In this document: positions 36,780-47,743 of the stretch, in pieces
Layout of the letters: each line of letters opens with the position of its first letter
How positions within the stretch are numbered: position 1 is the first letter of the stretch
Source: an uncultured Limnohabitans sp.
GTDB lineage: Bacteria; Bacteroidota; Bacteroidia; Cytophagales; Cyclobacteriaceae
Direction of reading: 5' to 3'
Length of the DNA: 64,000 nt
Assembly (NCBI GenBank): GCA_964574365.1
Contig: CAZNND010000008.1
Location: 7,121 to 71,120, forward strand
The notes under the pieces: model-generated
Database searches by the model: none
Told to the model about the DNA's origin: nothing
The model's input: only the letters and a program-made list of their open reading frames with translations
Made by a program: the position numbers and the translations under genes

Positions 36780-39700
36780 TTAGTTTTCAATAATCACGCA
36801 GTGACCATCTACTACATCCTGCTCCACACTTTTATATTTTACGGCAACTTTGGTTCTCCCGTCCTTGTATTGAACAGAAACTTTATCATTTCTACCATAG
36901 ACTTTTTCTGTCTTTCTAGGAGCGATGGGTTGGGGTGCTGGTCTTCCTGCATTTGCTGCTGCAGCACGATTGGCTCCTGGATTCAATGTGCTACCTACTT
37001 CTGCTTTGGAAGCCTGAACTCTCGTTTCTTGTGTACGTGGTGCTTGGGCTTGTTGAACCTGAGCAGGATCCTGCTTTGGTAAATCAGCGCGGCTGATGAA
37101 AGAAATCATATCTTCATTTAGCTTACCAATAAAGCGCTTGAACATCTCAAATGCTTCAAACTTGTAGATCAACAGCGGATCTTTTTGTTCGTAAACCGCA
37201 TTTTGAACCGACTGCTTCAAATCGTCCATATCTCGAAGATGTTCTTTCCAGTTTTGGTCAATTATGGCAAGTGAGACATTTTTTTCAATAGATCGAATCA
37301 GTTCATTGGCTTCGGTTTGGATTGTTTTTTCCAAGTTACATACCACTCCGATTTGTTTGATTCCATCTGTGATTGGTACCATAATGTCTTTTACCGTTCC
37401 ACCTCTTTCCTCAAAAACCCTTTTGAAAATAGGAAGGGCAACTTCTGCCATCAGGAGGTTTTTTCTCTGATAGGAACCAAATGCGGTCTCGTATAATTCC
37501 TGTACCAGTCTGGTAGAATCCTTTGATTTCAGATCTTTTTCAGTGATCTGGTAATCTACTCCCAAAGTTGTGAAAATGTTCATTCTCAGATTTTCTACAT
37601 CTTCTGTGGACTTACCCATTTCGATTAGACTTTCGCATACATCATAGAGGATGTTCAAAATATCTAGCTCTAATCGATCACCTTTTAGCGCATTTCTTCT
37701 TCGCTTGTACACAACCTCCCGCTGGGAGTTCATCACATCATCATATTCCAAAAGGCGCTTCCTTGTTCCAAAATTGTTTTCCTCAACCTTTTTCTGAGCT
37801 CTTTCGATCGATTTGGTAATCATTCTATGCTGGATTACCTCACCTTCCTCAAGTCCCATCCGATCCATAAGCTTAGCGATTCGATCAGAACCGAAAAGTC
37901 GCATCAAGCTGTCCTCAAGGGAAACGAAAAACTGGGATGATCCCACATCACCCTGACGTCCCGACCGACCTCTAAGCTGTCGGTCCACTCGACGGGATTC
38001 ATGACGCTCGGTACCTATGATGGCTAAACCACCAGCTTTTCTGGATTCCGGAGTAAGCTTAATATCTGTACCTCTACCTGCCATGTTAGTTGCAATAGTC
38101 ACGGTGCCGGGTTTCCCTGCTTCAGCTACAATATCCGCTTCACGGGCATGTTGCTTAGCATTCAAGACCTGATGTGGGATTTTCTTTAATGTAAGCATCC
38201 GACTGAGCACTTCCGAAATTTCCACAGATGTAGTACCTACCAACACCGGTCTTCCCTGAGCTACTAGTTCATTGATTTCATCGGTCACAGCGTTGAATTT
38301 CTCCCGAACGGTCTTGTACACTTTATCTTCTCTATCCTGACGGATGATAGGTTTATTCGTAGGGATGACGACGACATCCAATTTATAGATTTCCCAGAAT
38401 TCACCCGCCTCTGTCTCTGCAGTACCGGTCATTCCTGCTAGCTTATGATACATCCGGAAGTAATTCTGGAGGGTAATGGTGGCATAAGTCTGTGTGGCAT
38501 CTTCGACTTTCACATTTTCTTTCGCTTCAATGGCCTGATGTAAACCGTCAGAATACCGCCTGCCTTCCATGACACGACCAGTCTGTTCGTCCACTATTTT
38601 GACTTTACCATCCACAAGGATGTATTCTGTATCCCTCTCAAACATACAATATGCTTTGAGCAACTGGTTTACGGTATGGATACGTTGAGCTTTGACTCCG
38701 TAATCTTTAATAACTTCTTCTTTTCGGATTAGCTTTTCCTTATCATCTATAGACTGGTCCTTCTCCAATTCTGCAATCACTACACCGATATCGGGAAGGA
38801 TGAAGAAACTTGGGTCCTCGTTTTTGGCAGTCATTGTTTCGATTCCCCTATCTGTCAAGTCCACCACATTGGTTTTTTCATCAATGGTAAACAATAAAGG
38901 CTCATCTGCCTCTGGCATATTCCTCTTGTTATCCTGCAGATAGTAGTTTTCCGTTTTCTGCAGAATTACCCGAATACCTGGTTCTGACAGGTATTTGATC
39001 AACGGTTTATATTTTGGAATTCCTCGGTATGCCCTAAATAATGCCAGGCCTCCTTCTTTATCATTACCATCAGCGATCTGTTTTTTGGCAGTGGCCAGAA
39101 ATCCCTGAACCAGCTTTCGTTGTTCATCCACTAAGGTGGAAACTCTCGGTTTCATTTGATCAAACTCATGAACATCGCCTCTTGGAACCGGCCCAGAGAT
39201 GATCAAGGGGGTTCTCGCATCATCGATCAATACGGAGTCCACCTCATCGACCATTGCAAAATGGTGCTTACCCTGTACCAAATCTCCTGCTTCACGTGCC
39301 ATGTTATCCCTCAGGTAATCGAAGCCAAATTCGTTGTTGGTACCATATACAATGTCACTTGCGTAGGCCTTCTTTCTTCCAATAGAATTAGGTTGGTATT
39401 TGTCGATGCAATCCACGGAGAGGCCATGGAATTCAAAAAGTGGGGCATTCCATTCCGAGTCACGTTTGGCGAGGTAATCGTTGACAGTTACCAAATGTAC
39501 GCCTCTTCCCGAAAGAGCATTCAGAAAAGCAGGTAGGGTCGAAACTAGCGTTTTACCTTCCCCAGTCGCCATTTCGGCAATTTTTCCTTTATGCAACACC
39601 ATCCCGCCGATCAGTTGGACATCATAGTGCACCATATCCCACACTACTTCATTGCCCGCTGCTATCCACTTGTTGTGCCAAATTGCAGTTTCACCCTGAA

Positions 39701-40154
39701 TTTCAATATGAGGCTTGGAAGCTGCAAGCTCCCTGTCGCGAATGGATGCCTTTACTGTTAATTTTCCATTTTCCTTAAATCGGCGTGCGGTTTCTTTTAC
39801 AATAGCAAAGGCCTGCATCATTACATCGTCCAGAACTTTTTCAAGCTCCGTATCCCGATCCTTTTCCAGTTTGTCTATTTCATTAAACAATTGATCCTTT
39901 TGATGGATCGCTTCAGAAGGAAGAGTATCAATTTGACTTCTTAATCCATTGATTTTGTCGTCGATGGATTTTAGTCGTTCGTTGATCACCACTCGTATTT
40001 CTTGGGTTTTTTCACGAAGCTGGTCATCGGTCAGGGACTTCAATCCTGAAAAAATCTGATTTATTTCAGTGACTTTTGGAAGTAATTCTTTGATGTCTCG
40101 GTCGGATTTGGTTCCAAAAATTTTGGCTAATCCTTTTGCAATAAAATCTAGCAT
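36780..40154 (-). CDS. secA: preprotein translocase ATPase SecA
   Basis: 1124 aa. AEMATGEGKTLV Walker A, MVDEVDSVLIDDARTPLIISG and TNMAGRGTDI. Confidence 0.95.
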   Translation of the reverse strand: MLDFIAKGLAKIFGTKSDRDIKELLPKVTEINQIFSGLKSLTDDQLREKTQEIRVVINERLKSIDDKINGLRSQIDTLPSEAIHQKDQLFNEIDKLEKDRDTELEKVLDDVMMQAFAIVKETARRFKENGKLTVKASIRDRELAASKPHIEIQGETAIWHNKWIAAGNEVVWDMVHYDVQLIGGMVLHKGKIAEMATGEGKTLVSTLPAFLNALSGRGVHLVTVNDYLAKRDSEWNAPLFEFHGLSVDCIDKYQPNSIGRKKAYASDIVYGTNNEFGFDYLRDNMAREAGDLVQGKHHFAMVDEVDSVLIDDARTPLIISGPVPRGDVHEFDQMKPRVSTLVDEQRKLVQGFLATAKKQIADGNDKEGGLALFRAYRGIPKYKPLIKYLSEPGIRVILQKTENYYLQDNKRNMPEADEPLLFTIDEKTNVVDLTDRGIETMTAKNEDPSFFILPDIGVVIAELEKDQSIDDKEKLIRKEEVIKDYGVKAQRIHTVNQLLKAYCMFERDTEYILVDGKVKIVDEQTGRVMEGRRYSDGLHQAIEAKENVKVEDATQTYATITLQNYFRMYHKLAGMTGTAETEAGEFWEIYKLDVVVIPTNKPIIRQDREDKVYKTVREKFNAVTDEINELVAQGRPVLVGTTSVEISEVLSRMLTLKKIPHQVLNAKQHAREADIVAEAGKPGTVTIATNMAGRGTDIKLTPESRKAGGLAIIGTERHESRRVDRQLRGRSGRQGDVGSSQFFVSLEDSLMRLFGSDRIAKLMDRMGLEEGEVIQHRMITKSIERAQKKVEENNFGTRKRLLEYDDVMNSQREVVYKRRRNALKGDRLELDILNILYDVCESLIEMGKSTEDVENLRMNIFTTLGVDYQITEKDLKSKDSTRLVQELYETAFGSYQRKNLLMAEVALPIFKRVFEERGGTVKDIMVPITDGIKQIGVVCNLEKTIQTEANELIRSIEKNVSLAIIDQNWKEHLRDMDDLKQSVQNAVYEQKDPLLIYKFEAFEMFKRFIGKLNEDMISFISRADLPKQDPAQVQQAQAPRTQETRVQASKAEVGSTLNPGANRAAAANAGRPAPQPIAPRKTEKVYGRNDKVSVQYKDGRTKVAVKYKSVEQDVVDGHCVIIEN

Positions 40155-40251
40155 GATATTCTGTTGAATCCCTTTTTGGGGCTTAAAAATAAACCCTTTT
40201 TATTAGATTTGATAATGGGTTGTAATGTATTGAGGCCTTCTTTAAATTGAA

Positions 40252-41025
40252 TTAAATGGCAATTTTCCCGCTAAAAACTCTCTCAGCAGGCCCAATCAGC
40301 CAAATAGCATGAAATCCTCCTTTGGAATCCTGTTGAAATTTTACGGACAATTCGCCTCCAAGGGTTTTTATTTTTACCAATTCAACCTTTTTTCTTGAAC
40401 CAAAAACTAGGGCTGCCGCTGTTACGCCTGTCCCGCAAGAAAGCGTTTCGTCCTCCACTCCTCGTTCATAAGTTCGCACAAATACCTCTCCATCATTGAT
40501 TTCTTCAACAAAATTGACATTGCTACCACCGGGTAAATAGCAGGAATCATATCGTATGGATTTACCTTGATCAAACACGGGGTAATTCTCAATATTTTCT
40601 ACAAACCGCACATGATGAGGAGACCCTGTGTTTACAAAATAATCCCCCAGACTTTCGTTAATTCCTGTGACATTCCCCATTAGCAACTCAATCTGATTTC
40701 CGACAAGTAGCGCTTCATGAGGTCCGTCAATTGCCAAAAAACGTGTTTTCTCTTTTACTATACCTAAATATGCGGAAAAGGCTACCGCACATCTTGCCCC
40801 GTTTCCACACATGCTTTGGCTACCATCGGCATTGAAATAGATCATTTCAAAGTCGAATTTAGGATGATTTCGGATGAGGATTAAGCCATCGGCACCTACT
40901 CCGAATTTTCGATCACACAGTTTTTTTACTAGAGTAAGGTTTTTCTCATCAAATTCCTGATCTCGATCATCAACCATCACGAAGTCATTTCCTGTCCCCT
41001 GGTATTTGTAAAAAGAAAGTTCCAT
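40252..41025 (-). CDS. dapF: diaminopimelate epimerase
   Basis: 257 aa. GTGNDF, the first catalytic Cys in SMCGNGARC and the second in LSCGTGVTA. Confidence 0.9.
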   Translation of the reverse strand: MELSFYKYQGTGNDFVMVDDRDQEFDEKNLTLVKKLCDRKFGVGADGLILIRNHPKFDFEMIYFNADGSQSMCGNGARCAVAFSAYLGIVKEKTRFLAIDGPHEALLVGNQIELLMGNVTGINESLGDYFVNTGSPHHVRFVENIENYPVFDQGKSIRYDSCYLPGGSNVNFVEEINDGEVFVRTYERGVEDETLSCGTGVTAAALVFGSRKKVELVKIKTLGGELSVKFQQDSKGGFHAIWLIGPAERVFSGKIAI

Positions 41026-41214
41026 TTTATTTCATTTTTTTGCCGAGATGTAGCTGTTCCATTTCATCGGAACATGCAGACACAAACTTAACCAACTTGT
41101 CCAAAATTAGGCTCCTTGGTCTTGAGGCAATTCCGAAATCGTCAGAATATCCTTTGTTTTCGCAACTATATCCAGATTATTTGGGTTATTGAATCACGTA
41201 AAACACGGCAGACT

Positions 41215-41970
41215 ATGAAAGATAAAAAAACAGGAGTAAGCAGAAGAGAATTCGTAAGCAATACTGCAAAGGCAGGTCTCACGTTGGGGCTTGTCGCTGG
41301 TTCCGTTTCTGAGTTAATGGCAAAAGAAGTCAATTTGCCGAATATTTTATCGTTTCAAACGGGCTTCTCTCAAGTTCCACTTCCCTACGATTACAAAGCG
41401 CTTGTACCGCATATTGATTCAAGAACAATGGAAATCCATTACACCAAGCATGCTGCAGCTTATGCCAGTAATTTAAGGGATGCAGCAAAGGATGAGGGAG
41501 TGGATACCTCGAAACCCTTAGAAAATGTCCTTGCTTCTATTTCTAAGTATTCTATAAAAATGAGGAACAATGGAGGCGGGCATTACAACCATGAACTGTT
41601 TTGGAGCATCATGAGTCCAAATGCCGGAGGAAGGCCTGAAGGAAAATTGATGGAAGCAATCGCGGCCTCCTTTGGATCATTCGAGACGTTTGTTTCCCAA
41701 TTTGAGAATGCCGCCAAATCGCGGTTTGGGTCCGGTTGGGCTTGGTTGATCGTTCAGTCAGGAGGAAAACTTGCAGTAAGTTCTACCCCTAACCAGGATA
41801 ACCCATTGATGGATGTTGTAGAGGTAAAAGGCACTCCGATACTTGGCTTGGATGTTTGGGAGCATGCCTATTACCTGCATTACCAAAACCGGAGGCCAGA
41901 TTATGTAAGTGCTTTTTGGAATATTATCAACTGGAAAGCGGTAGCGGATCGATACCAGGCTACCCTTTAA
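41215..41970 (+). CDS. Fe/Mn superoxide dismutase with twin-arginine (Tat) signal peptide
   Basis: [29 protein letters not shown]...MA, then the SOD core ([15 protein letters not shown]). The track ORF starts at 41116, but ATG 41215 gives the Tat leader. Confidence 0.85.
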   Translation: MKDKKTGVSRREFVSNTAKAGLTLGLVAGSVSELMAKEVNLPNILSFQTGFSQVPLPYDYKALVPHIDSRTMEIHYTKHAAAYASNLRDAAKDEGVDTSKPLENVLASISKYSIKMRNNGGGHYNHELFWSIMSPNAGGRPEGKLMEAIAASFGSFETFVSQFENAAKSRFGSGWAWLIVQSGGKLAVSSTPNQDNPLMDVVEVKGTPILGLDVWEHAYYLHYQNRRPDYVSAFWNIINWKAVADRYQATL

Positions 41971-42043
41971 AGATTTCCATGTGAAGGCCGGAAATTCCGG
42001 TCTTTTTCTTTTATTTCAAGTTTGAATCAAGAATTATACAACC

Positions 42044-42511
42044 ATGCAAGATCCCAAGTCACTTACCTCAGTTGCCCTTTTTCACCAAACATTCAAGCAT
42101 CCGGTACTTCCTGAACCTACCATTCCCTCCGAGACGCGCTGCAATCTACGTGTATCCCTATTGTCGGAGGAATTAAAAGAGTTGGAGGAAGCGATTGAAA
42201 AAAAGGACATTGTCGAGATCGCAGATGCACTTTGTGATTTACAATATGTGCTTTCAGGAGCAATTTTAGAATTTGGTTTAGGTGAAAAGTTCAAGACTCT
42301 TTTTGATGAAGTGCAGCGCTCAAATATGAGCAAGGCATGTAGGACCGAGGATGAAGCGAAAGCCACAGTACAGCATTACGAATCCAAAGGGACACCTTGC
42401 TTTTATGAAAAGGAAGGGGATCTTTTTCTGGTTTTTAGGGAAGGGGATCATAAAACTCTAAAATCAGTGAACTATTCTCCGGCGGATTTGAAGGGGATAC
42501 TGGAGGAATAA
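42044..42511 (+). CDS. MazG-like all-alpha nucleoside triphosphate pyrophosphohydrolase family protein
   Basis: EELKELEEAI...EIADALCDLQYV and the RSNMSK pattern. 155 aa. Confidence 0.65.
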   Translation: MQDPKSLTSVALFHQTFKHPVLPEPTIPSETRCNLRVSLLSEELKELEEAIEKKDIVEIADALCDLQYVLSGAILEFGLGEKFKTLFDEVQRSNMSKACRTEDEAKATVQHYESKGTPCFYEKEGDLFLVFREGDHKTLKSVNYSPADLKGILEE

Positions 42512-42784
42512 ATCTCAAGGGATAAAAAAGCTGACTAAAACTACTCTGTCATATTCAGAGAACTTGGTAAAATCTTATAAGTTTTATATGTGTACTAAAG
42601 GCCTAGAAAAAAATAAAACATGAGTAAAATCTAAGAATCACCCTTTTCCCACATACTTGTAAGGTCTTTGGGCATTACATCTGTGAAAAACTTGCCTGAC
42701 GGCAGTCAGGTCTGTTGGAACTTTGAAATACTCGGCCGAGTTGCCCTTGGTTCTTCTAAATTTTCAAATGTGACAAAGTAAGAT

Positions 42785-42828
42785 TAAAACAAAAAAGCCT
42801 CGATTCCATAGTGATTGGATCGAGGCTT
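42785..42828 (-). terminator. rho-independent terminator after tRNA-Leu
   Basis: On the minus strand: AAGCCTCGAT-N14-ATCGAGGCTT followed by TTTTTTGTTTT. Confidence 0.75.
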
Positions 42829-42831
42829 TTG

Positions 42832-42916
42832 TACCAGGAGCGGGAATCGAACCCGCACGGCCGATATGGCCACAAGATTTTAAGTCTTGCGTGTCTACCT
42901 ATTCCACCATCCCGGC
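42832..42916 (-). tRNA. tRNA-Leu (anticodon UAA)
   Basis: Hand-folded: acceptor GCCGGGA/TCCTGGT, 3-bp D stem, anticodon stem CAAGA/TCTTG with loop CTTAAAA, long variable arm GGCC-ATATC-GGCC, T arm GCGGG-TTCGATT-CCCGC. 85 nt, no encoded CCA. Confidence 0.9.
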
Positions 42917-42965
42917 TTACTCTACCATTCAGTAGAGATTTCAGTAATTTAGAAAAAGTACTGAA

Positions 42966-42994
42966 ATGAAAAAGCCCTTTATGCAAGGGCTTTT
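42966..42994 (-). terminator. hairpin plus T run immediately after tRNA-Gly
   Basis: On the minus strand: AAAGCCCTT-GCATAA-AAGGGCTTT followed by TTCATTT. Confidence 0.6.
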
Positions 42995-42996
42995 CG

Positions 42997-43069
<73 letters not shown>

Positions 43070-43110
43070 AATAAAACATGCCCGACCTTTGTCTAAGCGA
43101 ATTGTGGATG

Positions 43111-43140
43111 CAAAGGTAACCCTGTAAAATATTTTTGCAA
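43111..43140 (-). promoter_or_regulatory. candidate Bacteroidetes-type promoter for the tRNA genes
   Basis: The minus strand reads TTGCAAAAATATTTTACAGGGTTACCTTTG. TACCTTTG fits the TAnnTTTG -7 consensus about 41 nt upstream of tRNA-Gly, with TTG about 20 nt further upstream. Confidence 0.4.
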
Positions 43141-43344
43141 GGTGTCTGGCAATAATTTTTTGAGTTATCTTCCAAATTTTTCTTTCAGGCTTGATTTCCA
43201 GAACGCAACGAAAGCAATAATCTTCAACAGTTGTTCTAAAAACAATTTCACCATAAAGGTTCTTTAGAAACTTTCCACTACAAGCTCATTTATGGATAGA
43301 ACGCCAAATCGATCAGATTTTCATGGGGAATAAAACAAAACCAT

Positions 43345-45948
43345 TTACTCCATTTTCTTTTTTATCTCATGCAATTTAAGCAAGGCTTCGATAGGTGAGA
43401 TGGTATTGACGTTGATCTCATCCAAGAGTTTCTTTGCTTCAGTCAGTTTGGGATCCATTTCAAAGAGGCTAAGCTGGAAATTATTTTTGGGAATGTTCTT
43501 CAGATTTTCTTTTTTATCCTTCAGGGCTTTGTCCTTTTCTAAATGGGTCATTATTTCTGAAGCTCTCAATACCACTGGATTAGGCATGCCTGCCATTTGT
43601 GCGACGTGAATACCAAAACTATGCTCACTGCCTCCTTCTTTTAGTTTCCGCATGAAGATTACCTTGTTCCCAACTTCTTTGACGGCAACATTGAAATTTC
43701 TTATTCTCGGAAAGTCATTGGCCAGTTGGTTTAACTCATGGTAATGAGTTGCGAAAAGAGTTTTTGCCTTGAAATTGGGATGATTGTGAAGAAACTCCAC
43801 AATGGACCAGGCGATTGAAATCCCGTCATAGGTAGAAGTCCCCCTGCCAATCTCATCCATCAGCACAAGGCTCCTGTCTGAAAGATTGTTGAGAATGCTG
43901 GCGGTTTCTGTCATTTCAACCATAAATGTGGACTCTCCTTTGGAAAGATTATCCGATGCACCTACTCGGGTAAACACTTTATCAATGATTCCGATTCGGG
44001 CAAATGTTGCCGGAACAAAACTTCCCATCTGTGCCATTAACACAATGAGAGCCGTTTGCCTTAATAAGGCTGATTTACCAGCCATATTCGGGCCGGTTAT
44101 AATCATAATTTGCTGACTATCATGATCCAGATAAATGTCGTTTGGCACATAGCTTTCCCCAACCGGAAGTTGCCTTTCAATCACAGGATGTCGCCCGTCT
44201 TTAATTTCTAAGGTCTCGGTATCCGAAATTTTAGGCCTGCAATAGTTGTTTGTCAGCGCGACCTTTGAAAAAGAAAGCAGTGCATCCAAAGTTCCCAGCA
44301 CGCGAGCATTTTGCTGGATTTGGGTTACATACTGTGCAGCTTCCTGCACAAGATCCTGAAAATACTTCTGCTCGATGGAAATCATTCGTTCCTCTGCATT
44401 CAGGATTTTTTCTTCATATTCTTTCAGTTCCGGAGTGATGTATCGCTCGGCGTTCACTAAGGTCTGCTTTCTGATCCACTCCGCAGGTACTTTTTCTTTG
44501 TGGGCGTGGGTCACCTCCAGGTAATAGCCGAAAACTTTGTTGTAGGAAATTTTAAGGGAGGAGATGCCCGTGTTCTGAACTTCCCGGAGCTGAATTTGAA
44601 CGAGGAAATCCTTACCCTTATTGGCTAGGCCTCTGTATTCGTCCAATTCGGTATCCACTCCGTCTTTGATTACGCCTCCTTGGTGAACAAGCATGGGCGC
44701 ATCTTCTTTAAGTTCCCGTTCTATTTTTTCCAACAAAAAATCACAAGGATGGATCTGATCCGAAAGCCGCTTTAGAGTCGGGATTGACTGGCTTTTAAGC
44801 AGCTCTTTGATTGGAAGTGCAGATTTCAAGGCTCGTTTGATCTGGTTCATTTCCCGTGGATTGGCACGTCCCACAACCACTTTGGAAATAAGTCTTTCGA
44901 GATCTCCAATATGCCGGAGATGGCCGAGAATTTCCTCAATGAGAACAGAATTTTGGTGAAAGAAATCTACCACGTTCAGCCGTTCTTCTATGGGTTGCTT
45001 TTCTTTTAAAGGAAGTACCATCCACTTTTTCATCATTCTGGAGCCCATGGGAGTCACCGTCTGATCCAAAATTTGGATTAGTGGAACACCGCCCTCATGC
45101 TGAGGATAAACGAGTTCAAGGTTCCTGATTGTAAACTTGTCCAGCCACACGTATTTTTCTTCGGCAATTCGTGAAATTGAAGAGATATGCTGGACTTCTC
45201 GGTGCTCAGTTTCCTCGAGGTAAAACAAAATTGCCCCCGCCGCTACGATTCCAAACTCCAGCTCCTCAATCCCAAATCCTTTCAAGTTGGCGGTGCCAAA
45301 ATGGTTTTTGAGTTTGTCGTAAGTGAAATCAAACTGATAAACCCAATCTTCGCAGTGAAAGCTGATAAACTCATTTTTGATCAACTCAGCGGCAGTCTTT
45401 TTTTGTCCTTTCGAAAAAATAAGTTCTGAGGGGGCAAAGCTTTGCAACAACTTTTCTACATAAGCTGAATTTCCCTCTGCGCACATAAATTCACCGGTGG
45501 AGACATCCAAGAAGGCGATTCCATGTTTTTCCTTTCCAAAGTGTATAGAGGCCAGGTAGTTGTTTTTTCGGGTATCCAGCACTTGGTCATTGTAGGATAG
45601 CCCTGGCGTGACTAATTCAGTAACTCCCCGTTTGACGATTCCCTTGACCATTTTGGGGTCTTCCAATTGATCGCAGATGGCTACCCGATTCCCTGCGCGA
45701 ACCAATTTAGGGAGGTAGTTGTCCAAGGAATGGTGGGGAAAACCGGCAAGTTCGATGTGAGAGGCTGCTCCATTGGCTCTTTTGGTAAGGACAATATCCA
45801 AAATTTTGCTAGCTATGACGGCATCTTCGCCAAAAGTCTCATAGAAATCCCCCACCCGAAAGAGCAACAAAGCACCGGGATGCTTCGCCTTGATGGCGTT
45901 GTACTGTTTCATCAGGGGAGTTTCCTGTCCGTCCGTAGATTTGCTCAT
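43345..45948 (-). CDS. mutS: DNA mismatch repair protein MutS
   Basis: TPLMKQYNAIKAKHPGALLLFRVGDFYE N-terminus, Walker A GPNMAGKS and DEIGRGTSTYDG. ATG 45948 is preferred over the track start at 46011. Confidence 0.95.
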   Translation of the reverse strand: MSKSTDGQETPLMKQYNAIKAKHPGALLLFRVGDFYETFGEDAVIASKILDIVLTKRANGAASHIELAGFPHHSLDNYLPKLVRAGNRVAICDQLEDPKMVKGIVKRGVTELVTPGLSYNDQVLDTRKNNYLASIHFGKEKHGIAFLDVSTGEFMCAEGNSAYVEKLLQSFAPSELIFSKGQKKTAAELIKNEFISFHCEDWVYQFDFTYDKLKNHFGTANLKGFGIEELEFGIVAAGAILFYLEETEHREVQHISSISRIAEEKYVWLDKFTIRNLELVYPQHEGGVPLIQILDQTVTPMGSRMMKKWMVLPLKEKQPIEERLNVVDFFHQNSVLIEEILGHLRHIGDLERLISKVVVGRANPREMNQIKRALKSALPIKELLKSQSIPTLKRLSDQIHPCDFLLEKIERELKEDAPMLVHQGGVIKDGVDTELDEYRGLANKGKDFLVQIQLREVQNTGISSLKISYNKVFGYYLEVTHAHKEKVPAEWIRKQTLVNAERYITPELKEYEEKILNAEERMISIEQKYFQDLVQEAAQYVTQIQQNARVLGTLDALLSFSKVALTNNYCRPKISDTETLEIKDGRHPVIERQLPVGESYVPNDIYLDHDSQQIMIITGPNMAGKSALLRQTALIVLMAQMGSFVPATFARIGIIDKVFTRVGASDNLSKGESTFMVEMTETASILNNLSDRSLVLMDEIGRGTSTYDGISIAWSIVEFLHNHPNFKAKTLFATHYHELNQLANDFPRIRNFNVAVKEVGNKVIFMRKLKEGGSEHSFGIHVAQMAGMPNPVVLRASEIMTHLEKDKALKDKKENLKNIPKNNFQLSLFEMDPKLTEAKKLLDEINVNTISPIEALLKLHEIKKKME

Positions 45949-46026
45949 GGGTAAATTGGAATTGTCGTAATTTTGAACCGGGAATAAACCCTGAAAATAG
46001 CCGATTGACAAAGGACATCAAAAAAG

Positions 46027-46560
46027 ATGAGAAAATTAAGTATGGAAGAGTTGGACAGATTGTCTGTCGATGACTTCAAAAAGACCGACAAATCTCCCCT
46101 CTTATTGGTTTTGGACAATGTTCGCAGTCTCAACAATGTTGGCTCAGCCTTCCGTACGGCTGATGCATTTAGAATAGAGAAAATTTACCTGTGTGGAATT
46201 ACCGGTACGCCTCCTCATCGGGACATTCAAAAAACAGCACTTGGCGCCACCGAGTCCGTGGAGTGGGAGTATTGCAGCAGTACGCTGGAGGCATTAGAAA
46301 AGATTCGTCAATCCGGCGTCAAGATTTGTGCATTTGAGCAGGTCACCGATTCGGTTAAGCTACATGATTTTACTCCTTCCCTAACCGAAAAATATGCCTT
46401 GGTCTTTGGAAATGAAGTATTTGGTGTGGATGAGCAAGTTATGGAATTCTGTGATTTTGTGCTTGAAATTCCCCAGCTTGGCACCAAACATTCTTTAAAT
46501 ATCTCGGTGACCTTGGGTATTGCCGTTTGGGATTTTATGGTGAAAATGAAGCAAGTCTAA
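46027..46560 (+). CDS. SpoU/TrmH-family RNA 2'-O-methyltransferase
   Basis: 177 aa. SPOUT motifs NVGSAFRTADAF, FGNEVFGV and LNISVTLGIAVW. Confidence 0.8.
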   Translation: MRKLSMEELDRLSVDDFKKTDKSPLLLVLDNVRSLNNVGSAFRTADAFRIEKIYLCGITGTPPHRDIQKTALGATESVEWEYCSSTLEALEKIRQSGVKICAFEQVTDSVKLHDFTPSLTEKYALVFGNEVFGVDEQVMEFCDFVLEIPQLGTKHSLNISVTLGIAVWDFMVKMKQV

Positions 46561-46579
46561 GTGACTAGCCTTGGAATTC

Positions 46580-47653
46580 TCAACCATAAATTGTTCCCCC
46601 ACAAGAATCTCTGCTAGCTCCAGTCACAGAGGCCAGACAATTCACTTCCCCTCTAAGCTTCAATGTGCCAAGGAAGGCAAAAATCAAGGCTTCTTTAAAC
46701 TCAATCAGCTCTTTACTTGCCTCAAATTGCTCCCATTTTTTGTGGAGAAAATGATCCAGTCTTTCGATAAAGTACTGATTATATGCGCCTCCACCTGTGA
46801 TCAGTATGGAAGGATTTGTACTGGATTGGTAGGTTTGGATGGTGGAGGCGATTTGGTAGGCAAAGTGATCAACTAGCGTGCTAAGCTTGTCTATGGGGGC
46901 AAGACCACTCTGCTCCAAAAGGGGCATGAAATCCCGTTCCATATCCTCCCTTCCGAGGGATTTGGCGGTTTGAAATTGATAAAAGGGCAATGAATTGAGC
47001 CGGTTGAAAAGCGAAAAGTCCGTTACTCCTTCCCTTGCCCAATTTCCGTTTTCGTCATAGGATTTCCCCAGTTTCTTTGCTTCCGCATTGAGCAGCAGGT
47101 TGAAAGGCGAGGTATCGAAAGCGATTCTTCTTCCCTGAAATTCCATGGAAATATTTGATATTCCTCCGAGATTGATGCAAAAATCCACATCCGGGAAAAG
47201 CAGTCGGTCACCCATTGGAACCAAAGGGGCTCCCTGCCCGCCAAACTGAACATCCAGCATCCGAAAGTCATTGATTACCCGTTGTCCTGAAGCGTGGTGC
47301 AATGCCCAGCCGTTACCAATCTGAAGACTAAGGTGTTTTGACGGTTGGTGGAATACTGTGTGCCCATGAGAAGCTACAGCCATGGGTTTGAGCTGATTTT
47401 CGAGACAAAAATCCTGCACCTGGCTACCCATCCATCTTCCGAATTCCACATCCAAAAGCGAAAGTTCCAGCCCAGAGAGCAGGTGGCTATTGGCTAGTTT
47501 TTGTCCTAAATCATCCGGAAAGGGGATGGTTTCTGCCAGTATCAGCTCAAACCTCCAGCCTTTGTTTTGTTCAAAATGGCAGTAAGCCACGTCCAAACCG
47601 TCACCGGAAGTGCCAGACATGAGACCAATAAGCGAGTATCTTTCCTTGTGCAT
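46580..47653 (-). CDS. anmK: anhydro-N-acetylmuramic acid kinase
   Basis: 357 aa. GLMSGTSGDGLDVA N-terminus and NLGGISN. Confidence 0.85.
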   Translation of the reverse strand: MHKERYSLIGLMSGTSGDGLDVAYCHFEQNKGWRFELILAETIPFPDDLGQKLANSHLLSGLELSLLDVEFGRWMGSQVQDFCLENQLKPMAVASHGHTVFHQPSKHLSLQIGNGWALHHASGQRVINDFRMLDVQFGGQGAPLVPMGDRLLFPDVDFCINLGGISNISMEFQGRRIAFDTSPFNLLLNAEAKKLGKSYDENGNWAREGVTDFSLFNRLNSLPFYQFQTAKSLGREDMERDFMPLLEQSGLAPIDKLSTLVDHFAYQIASTIQTYQSSTNPSILITGGGAYNQYFIERLDHFLHKKWEQFEASKELIEFKEALIFAFLGTLKLRGEVNCLASVTGASRDSCGGTIYG

Positions 47654-47743
47654 GGGTTAAAGATTGTTAAGTAAGAATGCTTATCAAAGATAATTTTCAT
47701 TCTGGAAAAGTGGCTCTTTCAATAATTCCTATTTTGCGGTCAA

